Below are positions 1-13,552 of a DNA stretch of 64,000 nt, one piece after another. The notes under the pieces were generated by a model. That model was given only the letters and a program-made list of their open reading frames with translations. It was not told the DNA's origin and ran no database searches. A program made the translations under genes and the position numbers. This stretch comes from Auanema rhodensis. Its lineage: Eukaryota > Animalia > Nematoda. The stretch is from positions 124,001-188,000 of the forward strand of contig CAXKVF010000087.1 of assembly GCA_964057225.1 (NCBI GenBank), read 5' to 3'. Each line of letters starts with the position of its first letter. The stretch's first letter is position 1.

Positions 1-15
1 TGGTATGTAACTCGC

Positions 16-25
16 TTCACGTGAA
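16..25. other. 10-bp perfect palindrome TTCACGTGAA with a CACGTG E-box/G-box core (one per monomer; first instance given); function unknown
   Basis: Direct reading. A second CACGTG lies at 162-167 and TACGTG at 129-134. Confidence 0.85.
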
Positions 26-103
26 AGATAAAGAGATGCGGTTTTCAAAATTAGATTCCCCATGTCCATATTAGTCTAAAAACAAATTTTTATTGATATT
101 AGT

Positions 104-118
104 TCATGGTAACCATGA
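104..118. other. 15-bp interrupted palindrome TCATGGT-A-ACCATGA (one per monomer; first instance given)
   Basis: 7-bp arms are exact reverse complements around a central A; includes GGTNACC. Shortened to 13 bp in GGTG monomers. Confidence 0.9.
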
Positions 119-2816
119 CTTTGAAATTTACGTGAACTTTAATTTATGCTAATTAAATGTACACGTGATGTGCACTTGGTATGTAACTCGCTTCACGTGA
201 AAGATAAAGAGATGCGGTTTTCAAAATTAGAATCCCCATGTCCATATTAGTCTAAAAACAAATTTTTATTGATATTGGTTCATGGTAACCATGACTTTGA
301 AATTTACGTGAACTTTAATTTATGCTAATTAAATGTACACGTGATGTGCACTTGGTATGTAACTCGCTTCACGTGAAAGATGAAGAGATGCGGTTTTCAA
401 AATTAGATTCCCCATGTCCATATTAGTCTAAAAACAAATTTTTATTGATATTGGTTCATGGTAACCATGACTTTGAAATTTACGTGAACTTTAATTTATG
501 CTAATTAAATGTACACGTGATGTGCACTTGGTATGTAACTCGCTTCACGTGAAAGATAAAGAGATGCGGTTTTCAAAATTAGATTCCCCATGTCCATATT
601 AGTCTAAAAACAAATTTTTATTGATATTGGTGCATGGTAACCATGACTTTGAAATTTACGTGAACTTTAATTTATGCTAATTAAATGTACACGTGATGTG
701 CACTTGGTATGTAACTCGCTTCACGTGAAAGATAAAGAGATGCGGTTTTCAAAATTAGATTCCCCCTGTCCATATTAGTCTAAAAACAAATTTTTATTGA
801 TATTGGTTCATGGTAACCATGACTTTGAAATTTACGTGAACTTTAATTTATGCTAATTAAATGTACACGTGATGTGCACTTGGTATGTAACTCGCTTCAC
901 GTGAAAGATAAAGAGATGCGGTTTTCAAAATTAGATTCCCCCTGTCCATATTAGTCTAAAAACAAATTTTTATTGATATTGCTTCATGGTAACCATGACT
1001 TTGAAATTTACGTGAACTTTAATTTATGCTAATTAAATGTACACGTGATGTGCACTTGGTATGTAACTCGCTTCACGTGAAAGATAAAGAGATGCGGTTT
1101 TCAAAATTAGATTCCCCATGTCCATATTAGTCTAAAAACAAATTTTTATTGATATTGGTTCATGGTAACCATGACTTTGAAATTTACGTGAACTTTAATT
1201 TATGCTAATTAAATGTACACGTGATGTGCACTTGGTATGTAACTCGCTTTACGTGAAAGATAAAGAGATGCGGTTTTCAAAATTAGATTCCCCATGTCCA
1301 TATTAGTCTAAAAACAAATTTTTATTGATATTGGTGCATGGTAACCATGACTTTGAAATTTACGTGAACTTTAATTTATGCTAATTAAATGTACACGTGA
1401 TGTGCACATGGTATGTAACTCGCTTCACGTGAAAGATGAAGAGATGCGGTTTTCAAAATTAGATTCCCCATGTCCATATTAGTCTAAAAACAAATTTTTA
1501 TTGATATTGGTTCATGGTAACCATGACTTTGAAATTTACGTGAACTTTAATTTATGCTAATTAAATGTACACGTGATGTGCACTTGGTATGTAACTCGCT
1601 TCACGTGAAAGATAAAGAGATGCGGTTTTCAAAATTAGATTCCCCATGTCCATATTAGTCTAAAAACAAATTTTTATTGATATTGGTGCATGGTAACCAT
1701 GACTTTGAAATTTACGTGAACTTTAATTTATGCTAATTAAATGTACACGTGATGTGCACTTGGTATGTAACTCGCTTCACGTGAAAGATAAAGAGATGCG
1801 GTTTTCAAAATTAGATTCCCCATGTCCATATTAGTCTAAAAACAAATTTTTATTGATATTGGTGCATGGTAACCATGACTTTGAAATTTACGTGAACTTT
1901 AATTTATGCTAATTAAATGTACACGTGATGTGCACTTGGTATGTAACTCGCTTCACGTGAAAGATAAAGAGATGCGGTTTTCAAAATTAGATTCCCCATG
2001 TCCATATTAGTCTAAAAACAAATTTTTATTGATATTGGTTCATGGTAACCATGACTTTGAAATTTACGTGAACTTTAATTTATGCTAATTAAATGTACAC
2101 GTGATGTGCACTTGGTATGTAACTCGCTTCACGTGAAAGATAAAGAGATGCGGTTTTCAAAATTAGATTCCCCATGTCCATATTAGTCTAAAAACAAATT
2201 TTTATTGATATTGGTTCATGGTAACCATGACTTTGAAATTTACGTGAACTTTAATTAATGCTAATTAAATGTACATGTGATGTGCACTTGGTATGTAACT
2301 CGCTTCACGTGAAAGATAAAGAGATGCGGTTTTCAAAATTAGATTCCCCATGTCCATATTAGTCTAAAAACAAATTTTTATTGATATTGCTTCATGGTAA
2401 CCATGACTTTGAAATTTACGTGAACTTTAATTTATGCTAATTAAATGTACACGTGATGTGCACTTGGTATGTAACTCGCTTCACGTGAAAGATAAAGAGA
2501 TGCGGTTTTCAAAATTAGATTCCCCATGTCCATATTAGTCTAAAAACAAATTTTTATTGATATTGGTTCATGGTAACCATGACTTTGAATTTTACGTGAA
2601 CTTTAATTTATGCTAATTAAATGTACACGTGATGTGCACTTGGTATGTAACTCGCTTCACGTGAAAGATAAAGAAATGCGGTTTTCAAAATTAGATTCCC
2701 CATGTCCATATTAGTCTAAAAACAAATTTTTATTGATATTGGTGCATGGTAACCATGACTTTGAAATTTACGTGAACTTTAATTTATGCTAATTAAATGT
2801 ACACGTGATGTGCACT

Positions 2817-3520
2817 TGGTATGTAACTCGCTTCACGTGAAAGATAAAGAGATGCGGTTTTCAAAATTAGATTCCCCATGTCCATATTAGTCTAAAAGCA
2901 AATTTTTATTGATATTGGTTCATGGTAACCATGACTTTGAATTTTACGTGAACTTTAATTTATGCTAATTAAATGAACACGTGATGTGCACTTGGTATGT
3001 AACTCGCTTCACGTGAAAGATAAAGAGATGCGGTTTTCAAAATTAGATTCCCCATGTCCATATTAGTCTAAAAACAAATTTTTATTGATATTGGTGCATG
3101 GTAACCATGACTTTGAAATTTACGTGAACTTTAATTTATGCTAATTAAATGTACACGTGATGTGCACTTGGTATGTAACTCGCTTCACGTGAAAGATAAA
3201 GAGATGCGGTTTTCAAAATTAGATTCCCCATGTCCATATTAGTCTAAAAGCAAATTTTTATTGATATTGGTTCATGGTAACCATGACTTTGAATTTTACG
3301 TGAACTTTAATTTATGCTAATTAAATGAACACGTGATGTGCACTTGGTATGTAACTCGCTTCACGTGAAAGATAAAGAGATGCGGTTTTCAAAATTAGAT
3401 TCCCCATGTCCATATTAGTCTAAAAACAAATTTTTATTGATATTGGTGCATGGTAACCATGACTTTGAAATTTACGTGAACTTTAATTTATGCTAATTAA
3501 ATGTACACGTGATGTGCACT
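2817..3520. repeat. Local dimer duplication (M17-18 / M19-20)
   Basis: An 82G+126T+160A monomer followed by a GGTG monomer, twice in tandem (352-bp period). Confidence 0.85.
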
Positions 3521-5984
3521 TGGTATGTAACTCGCTTCACGTGAAAGATAAAGAGATGCGGTTTTCAAAATTAGATTCCCCATGTCCATATTAGTCTAAA
3601 AACAAATTTTTATTGATATTGGTTCATGGTAACCATGACTTTGAAATTTACGTGAACTTTAATTAATGCTAATTAAATGTACACGTGATGTGCACTTGGT
3701 ATGTAACTCGCTTCACGTGAAAGATAAAGAGATGCGGTTTTCAAAATTAGATTCCCCATGTCCATATTAGTCTAAAAACAAATTTTTATTGATATTGCTT
3801 CATGGTAACCATGACTTTGAAATTTACGTGAACTTTAATTTATGCTAATTAAATGTACACGTGATGTGCACTTGGTATGTAACTCGCTTCACGTGAAAGA
3901 TAAAGAGATGCGGTTTTCAAAATTAGATTCCCCATGTCCATATCAGTCTAAAAACAAATTTTTATTGATATTGGTTCATGGTAACCATGACTTTGAATTT
4001 TACGTGAACTTTAATTTATGCTAATTAAATGTACACGTGATGTGCACTTGGTATGTAACTCGCTTCACGTGAAAGATAAAGAAATGCGGTTTTCAAAATT
4101 AGATTCCCCATGTCCATATTAGTCTAAAAACAAATTTTTATTGATATTGGTGCATGGTAACCATGACTTTGAAATTTACGTGAACTTTAATTTATGCTAA
4201 TTAAATGTACACGTGATGTGCACTTGGTATGTAACTCGCTTCACGTGAAAGATAAAGAGATGCGGTTTTCAAAATTAGATTCCCCATGTCCATATTAGTC
4301 TAAAAACAAATTTTTATTGATATTGGTGCATGGTAACCATGACTTTGAAATTTACGTGAACTTTAATTTATGCTAATTAAATGTACACGTGATGTGCACT
4401 TGGTATGTAACTCGCTTCACGTGAAAGATAAAGAGATGCGGTTTTCAAAATTAGATTCCCCATGTCCATATTAGTCTAAAAACTAATTTTTATTGATATT
4501 GGTTCATGGTAACCATGACTTTGAAATTTACGTGAACTTTAATTAATGCTAATTAAATGTACACGTGATGTGCACTTGGTATGTAACTCGCTTCACGTGA
4601 AAGATAAAGAGATGCGGTTTTCAAAATTAGATTCCCCATGTCCATATTAGTCTAAAAACAAATTTTTATTGATATTGCTTCATGGTAACCATGACTTTGA
4701 AATTTACGTGAACTTTAATTTATGCTAATTAAATGTACACGTGATGTGCACTTGGTATGTAACTCGCTTCACGTGAAAGATAAAGAGATGCGGTTTTCAA
4801 AATTAGATTCCCCATGTCCATATTAGTCTAAAAGCAAATTTTTATTGATATTGGTTCATGGTAACCATGACTTTGAATTTTACGTGAACTTTAATTTATG
4901 CTAATTAAATGAACACGTGATGTGCACTTGGTATGTAACTCGCTTCACGTGAAAGATAAAGAAATGCGGTTTTCAAAATTAGATTCCTCATGTCCATATT
5001 AGTCTAAAAACAAATTTTTATTGATATTGGTTCATGGTAACCATGACTTTGAAATTTACGTGAACTTTAATTTATGCTAATTAAATGTACACGTGATGTG
5101 CACTTGGTATGTAACTCGCTTCACGTGAAAGATAAAGAGATGCGGTTTTCAAAATTAGATTCCCCATGTCCATATTAGTCTAAAAACAAATTTTTATTGA
5201 TATTGCTTCATGGTAACCATGACTTTGAAATTTACGTGAACTTTAATTTATGCTAATTAAATGTACACGTGATGTGCACTTGGTATGTAACTCGCTTCAC
5301 GTGAAAGATAAAGAGATGCGGTTTTCAAAATTAGATTCCCCCTGTCCATATTAGTCTAAAAACAAATTTTTATTGATATTGCTTCATGGTAACCATGACT
5401 TTGAAATTTACGTGAACTTTAATTTATGCTAATTAAATGTACACGTGATGTGCACTTGGTATGTAACTCGCTTCACGTGAAAGATAAAGAGATGCGGTTT
5501 TCAAAATTAGATTCCCCATGTCCATATTAGTCTAAAAACAAATTTTTATTGATATTGGTGCATGGTAACCATGACTTTGAAATTTACGTGAACTTTAATT
5601 TATGCTAATTAAATGTACACGTGATGTGCACTTGGTATGTAACTCGCTTCACGTGAAAGATAAAGAGATGCGGTTTTCAAAATTAGATTCCCCATGTCCA
5701 TATTAGTCTAAAAACAAATTTTTATTGATATTGGTTCATGGTAACCATGACTTTGAAATTTACGTGAACTTTAATTTATGCTAATTAAATGTACACGTGA
5801 TGTGCACTTGGTATGTAACTCGCTTCACGTGAAAGATAAAGAGATGCGGTTTTCAAAATTAGATTCCCCATGTCCATATTAGTCTAAAAACAAATTTTTA
5901 TTGATATTGGTTCATGGTAACCATGACTTTGAAATTTACGTGAACTTTAATTTATGCTAATTAAATGTACACGTGATGTGCACT

Positions 5985-7040
5985 TGGTATGTAACTCGCT
6001 TCACGTGAAAGATAAAGAGATGCGGTTTTCAAAATTAGATTCCCCATGTCCATATTAGTCTAAAAACAAATTTTTATTGATATTGGTGCATGGTAACCAT
6101 GACTTTGAAATTTACGTGAACTTTAATTTATGCTAATTAAATGTACACGTGATGTGCACTTGGTATGTAACTCGCTTCACGTGAAAGATAAAGAGATGCG
6201 GTTTTCAAAATTAGATTCCTCATGTCCATATTAGTCTAAAAACAAATTTTTATTGATATTGGTTCATGGTAACCATGACTTTGAAATTTACGTGAACTTT
6301 AATTTATGCTAATTAAATGTACACGTGATGTGCACTTGGTATGTAACTCGCTTCACGTGAAAGAAGAAGAGATGCGGTTTTCAAAATTAGATTCCCCATG
6401 TCCATATTAGTCTAAAAACAAATTTTTATTGATATTGGTTCATGGTAACCATGACTTTGAAATTTACGTGAACTTTAATTTATGCTAATTAAATGTACAC
6501 GTGATGTGCACTTGGTATGTAACTCGCTTCACGTGAAAGATAAAGAGATGCGGTTTTCAAAATTAGATTCCCCATGTCCATATTAGTCTAAAAACAAATT
6601 TTTATTGATATTGGTGCATGGTAACCATGACTTTGAAATTTACGTGAACTTTAATTTATGCTAATTAAATGTACACGTGATGTGCACTTGGTATGTAACT
6701 CGCTTCACGTGAAAGATAAAGAGATGCGGTTTTCAAAATTAGATTCCTCATGTCCATATTAGTCTAAAAACAAATTTTTATTGATATTGGTTCATGGTAA
6801 CCATGACTTTGAAATTTACGTGAACTTTAATTTATGCTAATTAAATGTACACGTGATGTGCACTTGGTATGTAACTCGCTTCACGTGAAAGAAGAAGAGA
6901 TGCGGTTTTCAAAATTAGATTCCCCATGTCCATATTAGTCTAAAAACAAATTTTTATTGATATTGGTTCATGGTAACCATGACTTTGAAATTTACGTGAA
7001 CTTTAATTTATGCTAATTAAATGTACACGTGATGTGCACT
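5985..7040. repeat. Local trimer HOR x2 (M35-37 / M38-40)
   Basis: GGTG, 60T, 29A+30G pattern repeated at 528 bp. Confidence 0.85.
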
Positions 7041-7744
7041 TGGTATGTAACTCGCTTCACGTGAGAGATAAAGAGATGCGGTTTTCAAAATTAGATTCCC
7101 CATGTCCATATTAGTCTAAAAACAAATTTTTATTGATATTGGTGCATGGTAACCATGACTTTGAAATTTACGTGAACTTTAATTTATGCTAATTAAATGT
7201 ACACGTGATGTGCACTTGGTATGTAACTCGCTTCACGTGAAAGATAAAGAGATGCGGTTTTCAAAATTAGATTCCCCATGTCCATATTAGTCTAAAAACA
7301 AATTTTTATTGATATTGGTGCATGGTAACCATGACTTTGAAATTTACGTGAACTTTAATTTATGCTAATTAAATGTACACGTGATGTGCACTTGGTATGT
7401 AACTCGCTTCACGTGAAAGATAAAGAGATGCGGTTTTCAAAATTAGATTCCCCATGTCCATATTAGTCTAAAAACAAATTTTTATTGATATTGGTTCATG
7501 GTAACCATGACTTTGAAATTTACGTGAACTTTAATTTATGCTAATTAAATGTACAGGTGATGTGCACTTGGTATGTAACTCGCTTCACGTGAAAGATAGA
7601 GAGATGCGGTTTTCAAAATTAGATTCCCCATGTCCATATTAGTCTAAAAACAAATTTTTATTGATATTGGTTCATGGTAACCATGACTTTGAAATTTACG
7701 TGAACTTTAATTTATGCTAATTAAATGTACACGTGATGTGCACT

Positions 7745-10560
7745 TGGTATGTAACTCGCTTCACGTGAAAGATAAAGAGATGCGGTTTTCAAAATTAGAT
7801 TCCCCATGTCCATATTAGTCTAAAAACAAATTTTTATTGATATTGGTTCATGGTAACCATGACTTTGAAATTTACGTGAACTTTAATTTATGCTAATTAA
7901 ATGTACACGTGATGTGCACTTGGTATGTAACTCGCTTCACGTGAAAGATAAAGAGATGCGGTTTTCAAAATTAGATTCCCCATGTCCATATTAGTCTAAA
8001 AACAAATTTTTATTGATATTGGTGCATGGTAACCATGACTTTGAAATTTACGTGAACTTTAATTTATGCTAATTAAATGTACACGTGATGTGCACTTGGT
8101 ATGTAACTCGCTTCACGTGAAAGATAAAGAGATGCGGTTTTCAAAATTAGATTCCCCATGTCCATATTAGTCTAAAAACAAATTTTTATTGATATTGGTT
8201 CATGGTAACCATGACTTTGAAATTTACGTGAACTTTAATTTATGCTAATTAAATGTACACGTGATGTGCACTTGGTATGTAACTCGCTTCACGTGAAAGA
8301 TAAAGAGATGCGGTTTTCAAAATTAGATTCCCCATGTCCATATTAGTCTAAAAACAAATTTTTATTGATATTGGTGCATGGTAACCATGACTTTGAAATT
8401 TACGTGAACTTTAATTTATGCTAATTAAATGTACACGTGATGTGCACTTGGTATGTAACTCGCTTCACGTGAAAGATAAAGAGATGCGGTTTTCAAAATT
8501 AGATTCCCCATGTCCATATTAGTCTAAAAACAAATTTTTATTGATATTGGTGCATGGTAACCATGACTTTGAAATTTACGTGAACTTTAATTTATGCTAA
8601 TTAAATGTACACGTGATGTGCACTTGGTATGTAACTCGCTTCACGTGAAAGATAAAGAGATGCGGTTTTCAAAATTAGAATCCCCATGTCCATATTAGTC
8701 TAAAAACAAATTTTTATTGATATTGGTTCATGGTAACCATGACTTTGAAATTTACGTGAACTTTAATTTATGCTAATTAAATGTACACGTGATGTGCACT
8801 TGGTATGTAACTCGCTTCACGTGAAAGATAAAGAGATGCGGTTTTCAAAATTAGATTCCCCATGTCCATATTAGTCTAAAAACAAATTTTTATTGATATT
8901 GGTTCATGGTAACCATGACTTTGAAATTTACGTGAATTTTAATTTATGCTAATTAAATGTACACGTGATGTGCACTTGGTATGTAACTCGCTTCACGTGA
9001 AAGATAAAGAGATGCGGTTTTCAAAATTAGATTCCCCATGTCCATATTAGTCTAAAAACAAATTTTTATTGATATTGGTTCATGGTAACCATGACTTTGA
9101 AATTTACGTGAACTTTAATTTATGCTAATTAAATGTACACGTGATGTGCACTTGGTATGTAACTCGCTTCACGTGAAAGATAAAGAGATGCGGTTTTCAA
9201 AATTAGATTCCCCATTTCCATATTAGTCTAAAAACAAATTTTTATTGATATTGGTGCATGGTAACCATGACTTTGAAATTTACGTGAACTTTAATTTATG
9301 CTAATTAAATGTACACGTGATGTGCACTTGGTATGTAACTCGCTTCACGTGAAAGATGAAGAGATGCGGTTTTCAAAATTAGATTCCCCATGTCCATATT
9401 AGTCTAAAAACAAATTTTTATTGATATTGGTTCATGGTAACCATGACTTTGAAATTTACGTGAACTTTAATTTATGCTAATTAAATGTACACGTGATGTG
9501 CACTTGGTATGTAACTCGCTTCACGTGAAAGATAAAGAGATGCGGTTTTCAAAATTAGATTCCCCATGTCCATATTAGTCTAAAAACAAATTTTTATTGA
9601 TATTGGTTCATGGTAACCATGACTTTGAAATTTACGTGAACTTTAATTTATGCTAATTAAATGTACACGTGATGTGCACTTGGTATGTAACTCGCTTCAC
9701 GTGAAAGATAAAGAGATGCGGTTTTCAAAATTAGATTCCCCATGTCCATATTAGTCTAAAAACAAATTTTTATTGATATTGGTGCATGGTAACCATGACT
9801 TTGAAATTTACGTGAACTTTAATTTATGCTAATTAAATGTACACGTGATGTGCACTTGGTATGTAACTCGCTTCACGTGAAAGATAAAGAGATGCGGTTT
9901 TCAAAATTAGATTCCCCATGTCCATATTAGTCTAAAAACAAATTTTTATTGATATTGGTTCATGGTAACCATGACTTTGAAATTTACGTGAACTTTAATT
10001 TATGCTAATTAAATGTACACGTGATGTGCACTTGGTATGTAACTCGCTTCACGTGAAAGATAAAGAGATGCGGTTTTCAAAATTAGATTCCCCATGTCCA
10101 TATTAGTCTAAAAACAAATTTTTATTGATATTGGTGCATGGTAACCATGACTTTGAAATTTACGTGAACTTTAATTTATGCTAATTAAATGTACACGTGA
10201 TGTGCACTTGGTATGTAACTCGCTTCACGTGAAAGATAAAGAGATGCGGTTTTCAAAATTAGATTCCCCATGTCCATATTAGTCTAAAAACAAATTTTTA
10301 TTGATATTGGTGCATGGTAACCATGACTTTGAAATTTACGTGAACTTTAATTTATGCTAATTAAATGTACACGTGATGTGCACTTGGTATGTAACTCGCT
10401 TCACGTGAAAGATAAAGAGATGCGGTTTTCAAAATTAGAATCCCCATGTCCATATTAGTCTAAAAACAAATTTTTATTGATATTGGTTCATGGTAACCAT
10501 GACTTTGAAATTTACGTGAACTTTAATTTATGCTAATTAAATGTACACGTGATGTGCACT
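7745..10560. repeat. 10-mer HOR, 1.6 copies (M45-54, M55-60), truncated at the domain junction
   Basis: The T,G,T,G,G,56A pattern recurs at 1760 bp. Two full copies exist at 54668-58187. Confidence 0.8.
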
Positions 10561-11440
10561 TGGTATGTAACTCGCTTCACGTGAAAGATAAAGAGATGCG
10601 GTTTTCAAAATTAGATTCCCCATGTCCATATTAGTCTAAAAACAAATTTTTATTGATATTGGTGCATGGTAACCATGACTTTGAAATTTACGTGAACTTT
10701 AATTTATGCTAATTAAATGTACACGTGATGTGCACTTGGTATGTAACTCGCTTCACGTGAAAGATAAAGAGATGCGGTTTTCAAAATTAGATTCCCCATG
10801 TCCATATTAGTCTAAAAACAAATTTTTATTGATATTGGTGCATGGTAACCATGACTTTGAAATTTACGTGAACTTTAATTTATGCTAATTAAATGTACAC
10901 GTGATGTGCACTTGGTATGTAACTCGCTTCACGTGAAAGATAAAGAGATACGGTTTTCAAAATTAGATTCCCCATGTCCATATTAGTCTAAAAACAAATT
11001 TTTATTGATATTGGTGCATGGTAACCGTGACTTTGAAATTTACGTGAACTTTAATTTATGCTAATTAAATGTACACGTGATGTGCACTTGGTATGTAACT
11101 CGCTTCACGTGAAAGATAAAGAGATGCGGTTTTCAAAATTAGATTCCCCATGTCCATATTAGTCTAAAAACAAATTTTTATTGATATTGGTGCATGGTAA
11201 CCATGACTTTGAAATTTACGTGAACTTTAATTTATGCTAATTAAATGTACACGTGATGTGCACTTGGTATGTAACTCGCTTCACGTGAAAGATAAAGAGA
11301 TGCGGTTTTCAAAATTAGATTCCCCATGTCCATATTACTCTAAAAACAAATTTTTATTGATATTGGTGCATGGTAACCATGACTTTGAAATTTACGTGAA
11401 CTTTAATTTATGCTAATTAAATGTACACGTGATGTGCACT

Positions 11441-13200
11441 TGGTATGTAACTCGCTTCACGTGAAAGATAAAGAGATGCGGTTTTCAAAATTAGATTTCC
11501 CATGTCCATATTAGTCTAAAAACAAATTTTTATTGATATTGCTTCATGGTAACCATGACTTTGAAATTTACGTGAACTTTAATTTATGCTAATTAAATGT
11601 ACACTTGATGTGCACTTGGTATGTAACTCGCTTCACGTGAAAGATAAAGAGATGCGGTTTTCAAAATTAGATTCCCCATGTCCATATTAGTCTAAAAACA
11701 AATTTTTATTGATATTGGTGCATGGTAACCATGACTTTGAAATTTACGTGAACTTTTATTTATGCTAATTAAATGTACACGTGATGTGCACTTGGTATGT
11801 AACTCGCTTCACGTGAAAGATAAAGAAATGCGGTTTTCAAAATTAGATTCCCCATGTCCATATTAGTCTAAAAACAAATTTTTATTGATATTGGTGCATG
11901 GTAACCATGACTTTGAAATTTACGTGAACTTTAATTTATGCTAATTAAATGTACACTTGATGTGCACTTGGTATGTAACTCGCTTCACGTGAAAGATAAA
12001 GAGATGCGGTTTTCAAAATTAGATTCCCCATGTCCATATTAGTCTAAAAACAAATTTTTATTGATATTGCTTCATGGTAACCATGACTTTGAAATTTACG
12101 TGAACTTTAATTTATGCTAATTAAATGTACACGTGATGTGCACTTGGTATGTAACTCGCTTCACGTGAAAGATAAAGAGATGCGGTTTTCAAAATTAGAT
12201 TCCCCATGTCCATATTAGTCTAAAAACAAATTTTTATTGATATTGCTTCATGGTAACCATGACTTTGAAATTTACGTGAACTTTAATTTATGCTAATTAA
12301 ATGTACACGTGATGTGCACTTGGTATGTAACTCGCTTCACGTGAAAGATAAAGAGATGCGGTTTTCAAAATTAGATTTCCCATGTCCATATTAGTCTAAA
12401 AACAAATTTTTATTGATATTGCTTCATGGTAACCATGACTTTGAAATTTACGTGAACTTTAATTTATGCTAATTAAATGTACACTTGATGTGCACTTGGT
12501 ATGTAACTCGCTTCACGTGAAAGATAAAGAGATGCGGTTTTCAAAATTAGATTCCCCATGTCCATATTAGTCTAAAAACAAATTTTTATTGATATTGGTG
12601 CATGGTAACCATGACTTTGAAATTTACGTGAACTTTTATTTATGCTAATTAAATGTACACGTGATGTGCACTTGGTATGTAACTCGCTTCACGTGAAAGA
12701 TAAAGAAATGCGGTTTTCAAAATTAGATTCCCCATGTCCATATTAGTCTAAAAACAAATTTTTATTGATATTGGTGCATGGTAACCATGACTTTGAAATT
12801 TACGTGAACTTTAATTTATGCTAATTAAATGTACACTTGATGTGCACTTGGTATGTAACTCGCTTCACGTGAAAGATAAAGAGATGCGGTTTTCAAAATT
12901 AGATTCCCCATGTCCATATTAGTCTAAAAACAAATTTTTATTGATATTGCTTCATGGTAACCATGACTTTGAAATTTACGTGAACTTTAATTTATGCTAA
13001 TTAAATGTACACGTGATGTGCACTTGGTATGTAACTCGCTTCACGTGAAAGATAAAGAGATGCGGTTTTCAAAATTAGATTCCCCATGTCCATATTAGTC
13101 TAAAAACAAATTTTTATTGATATTGCTTCATGGTAACCATGACTTTGAAATTTACGTGAACTTTAATTTATGCTAATTAAATGTACACGTGATGTGCACT
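11441..13200. repeat. 5-mer HOR x2 (M66-70 / M71-75)
   Basis: 58T+GCTT+165T; 141T; 35A+165T; GCTT; GCTT, repeated at 880 bp. Confidence 0.9.
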
Positions 13201-13552
13201 TGGTATGTAACTTGCTTCACGTGAAAGATAAAGAGATGCGGTTTTCACAATTAGATTCCCCATGTCCATATTAGTCTAAAAACAAATTTTTATTGATATT
13301 GGTGCATGGTAACCATGACTTTGAAATTTACGTGAACTTTAATTTATGCTAATTAAATGTACACTTGATGTGCACTTGGTATGTAACTCGCTTCACGTGA
13401 AAGATAAAGAGATGCGGTTTTCAAAATTAGATTCCCCATGTCCATATTAGTCTAAAAACAAATTTTTATTGATATTGGTGCATGGTAACCATGACTTTGA
13501 AATTTACGTGAACTTTAATTTATGCTAATTAAATGTACACGTGATGTGCACT

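Larger units (their letters stand above)
1..176. repeat. Representative monomer (M1), 176 bp, ~32% GC, 5 CpG
   Basis: Direct reading. Consensus has about 30 G and 26 C; CpG at positions 13, 20, 39, 131 and 164. M1 carries the rare 101A allele. Confidence 0.97.
1..10560. repeat. Long-range duplicated block, copy 1 (M1-M60); may extend left of the window
   Basis: Ordered rare variants (101A, 56A, 62C, 62C, 18T+176A, 30G, 145A+164T, 82G+126T+160A, 72C, 84T, 35A+60T, 164G, 31G, 137T, 64T) recur in the same order at 42876-57483. Confidence 0.9.

Noticed and set aside
1-176. Assignment to known ~176-178 bp satellites (Brassica CentBr, Arabidopsis CEN178, honeybee AluI)
   Set aside because: Only the length matches. 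The monomer has no AAGCTT or AGCT site and does not resemble those sequences as I recall them. A database search is needed.
3842-4024. 60-aa ORF MLIKCTRDV...PYQSK... (identical copy at 46189-46371)
   Set aside because: Arises from a single TAG>CAG change (72C) in the satellite. The other monomers have a stop here and there is no recognisable domain. Useful only as a duplication marker.
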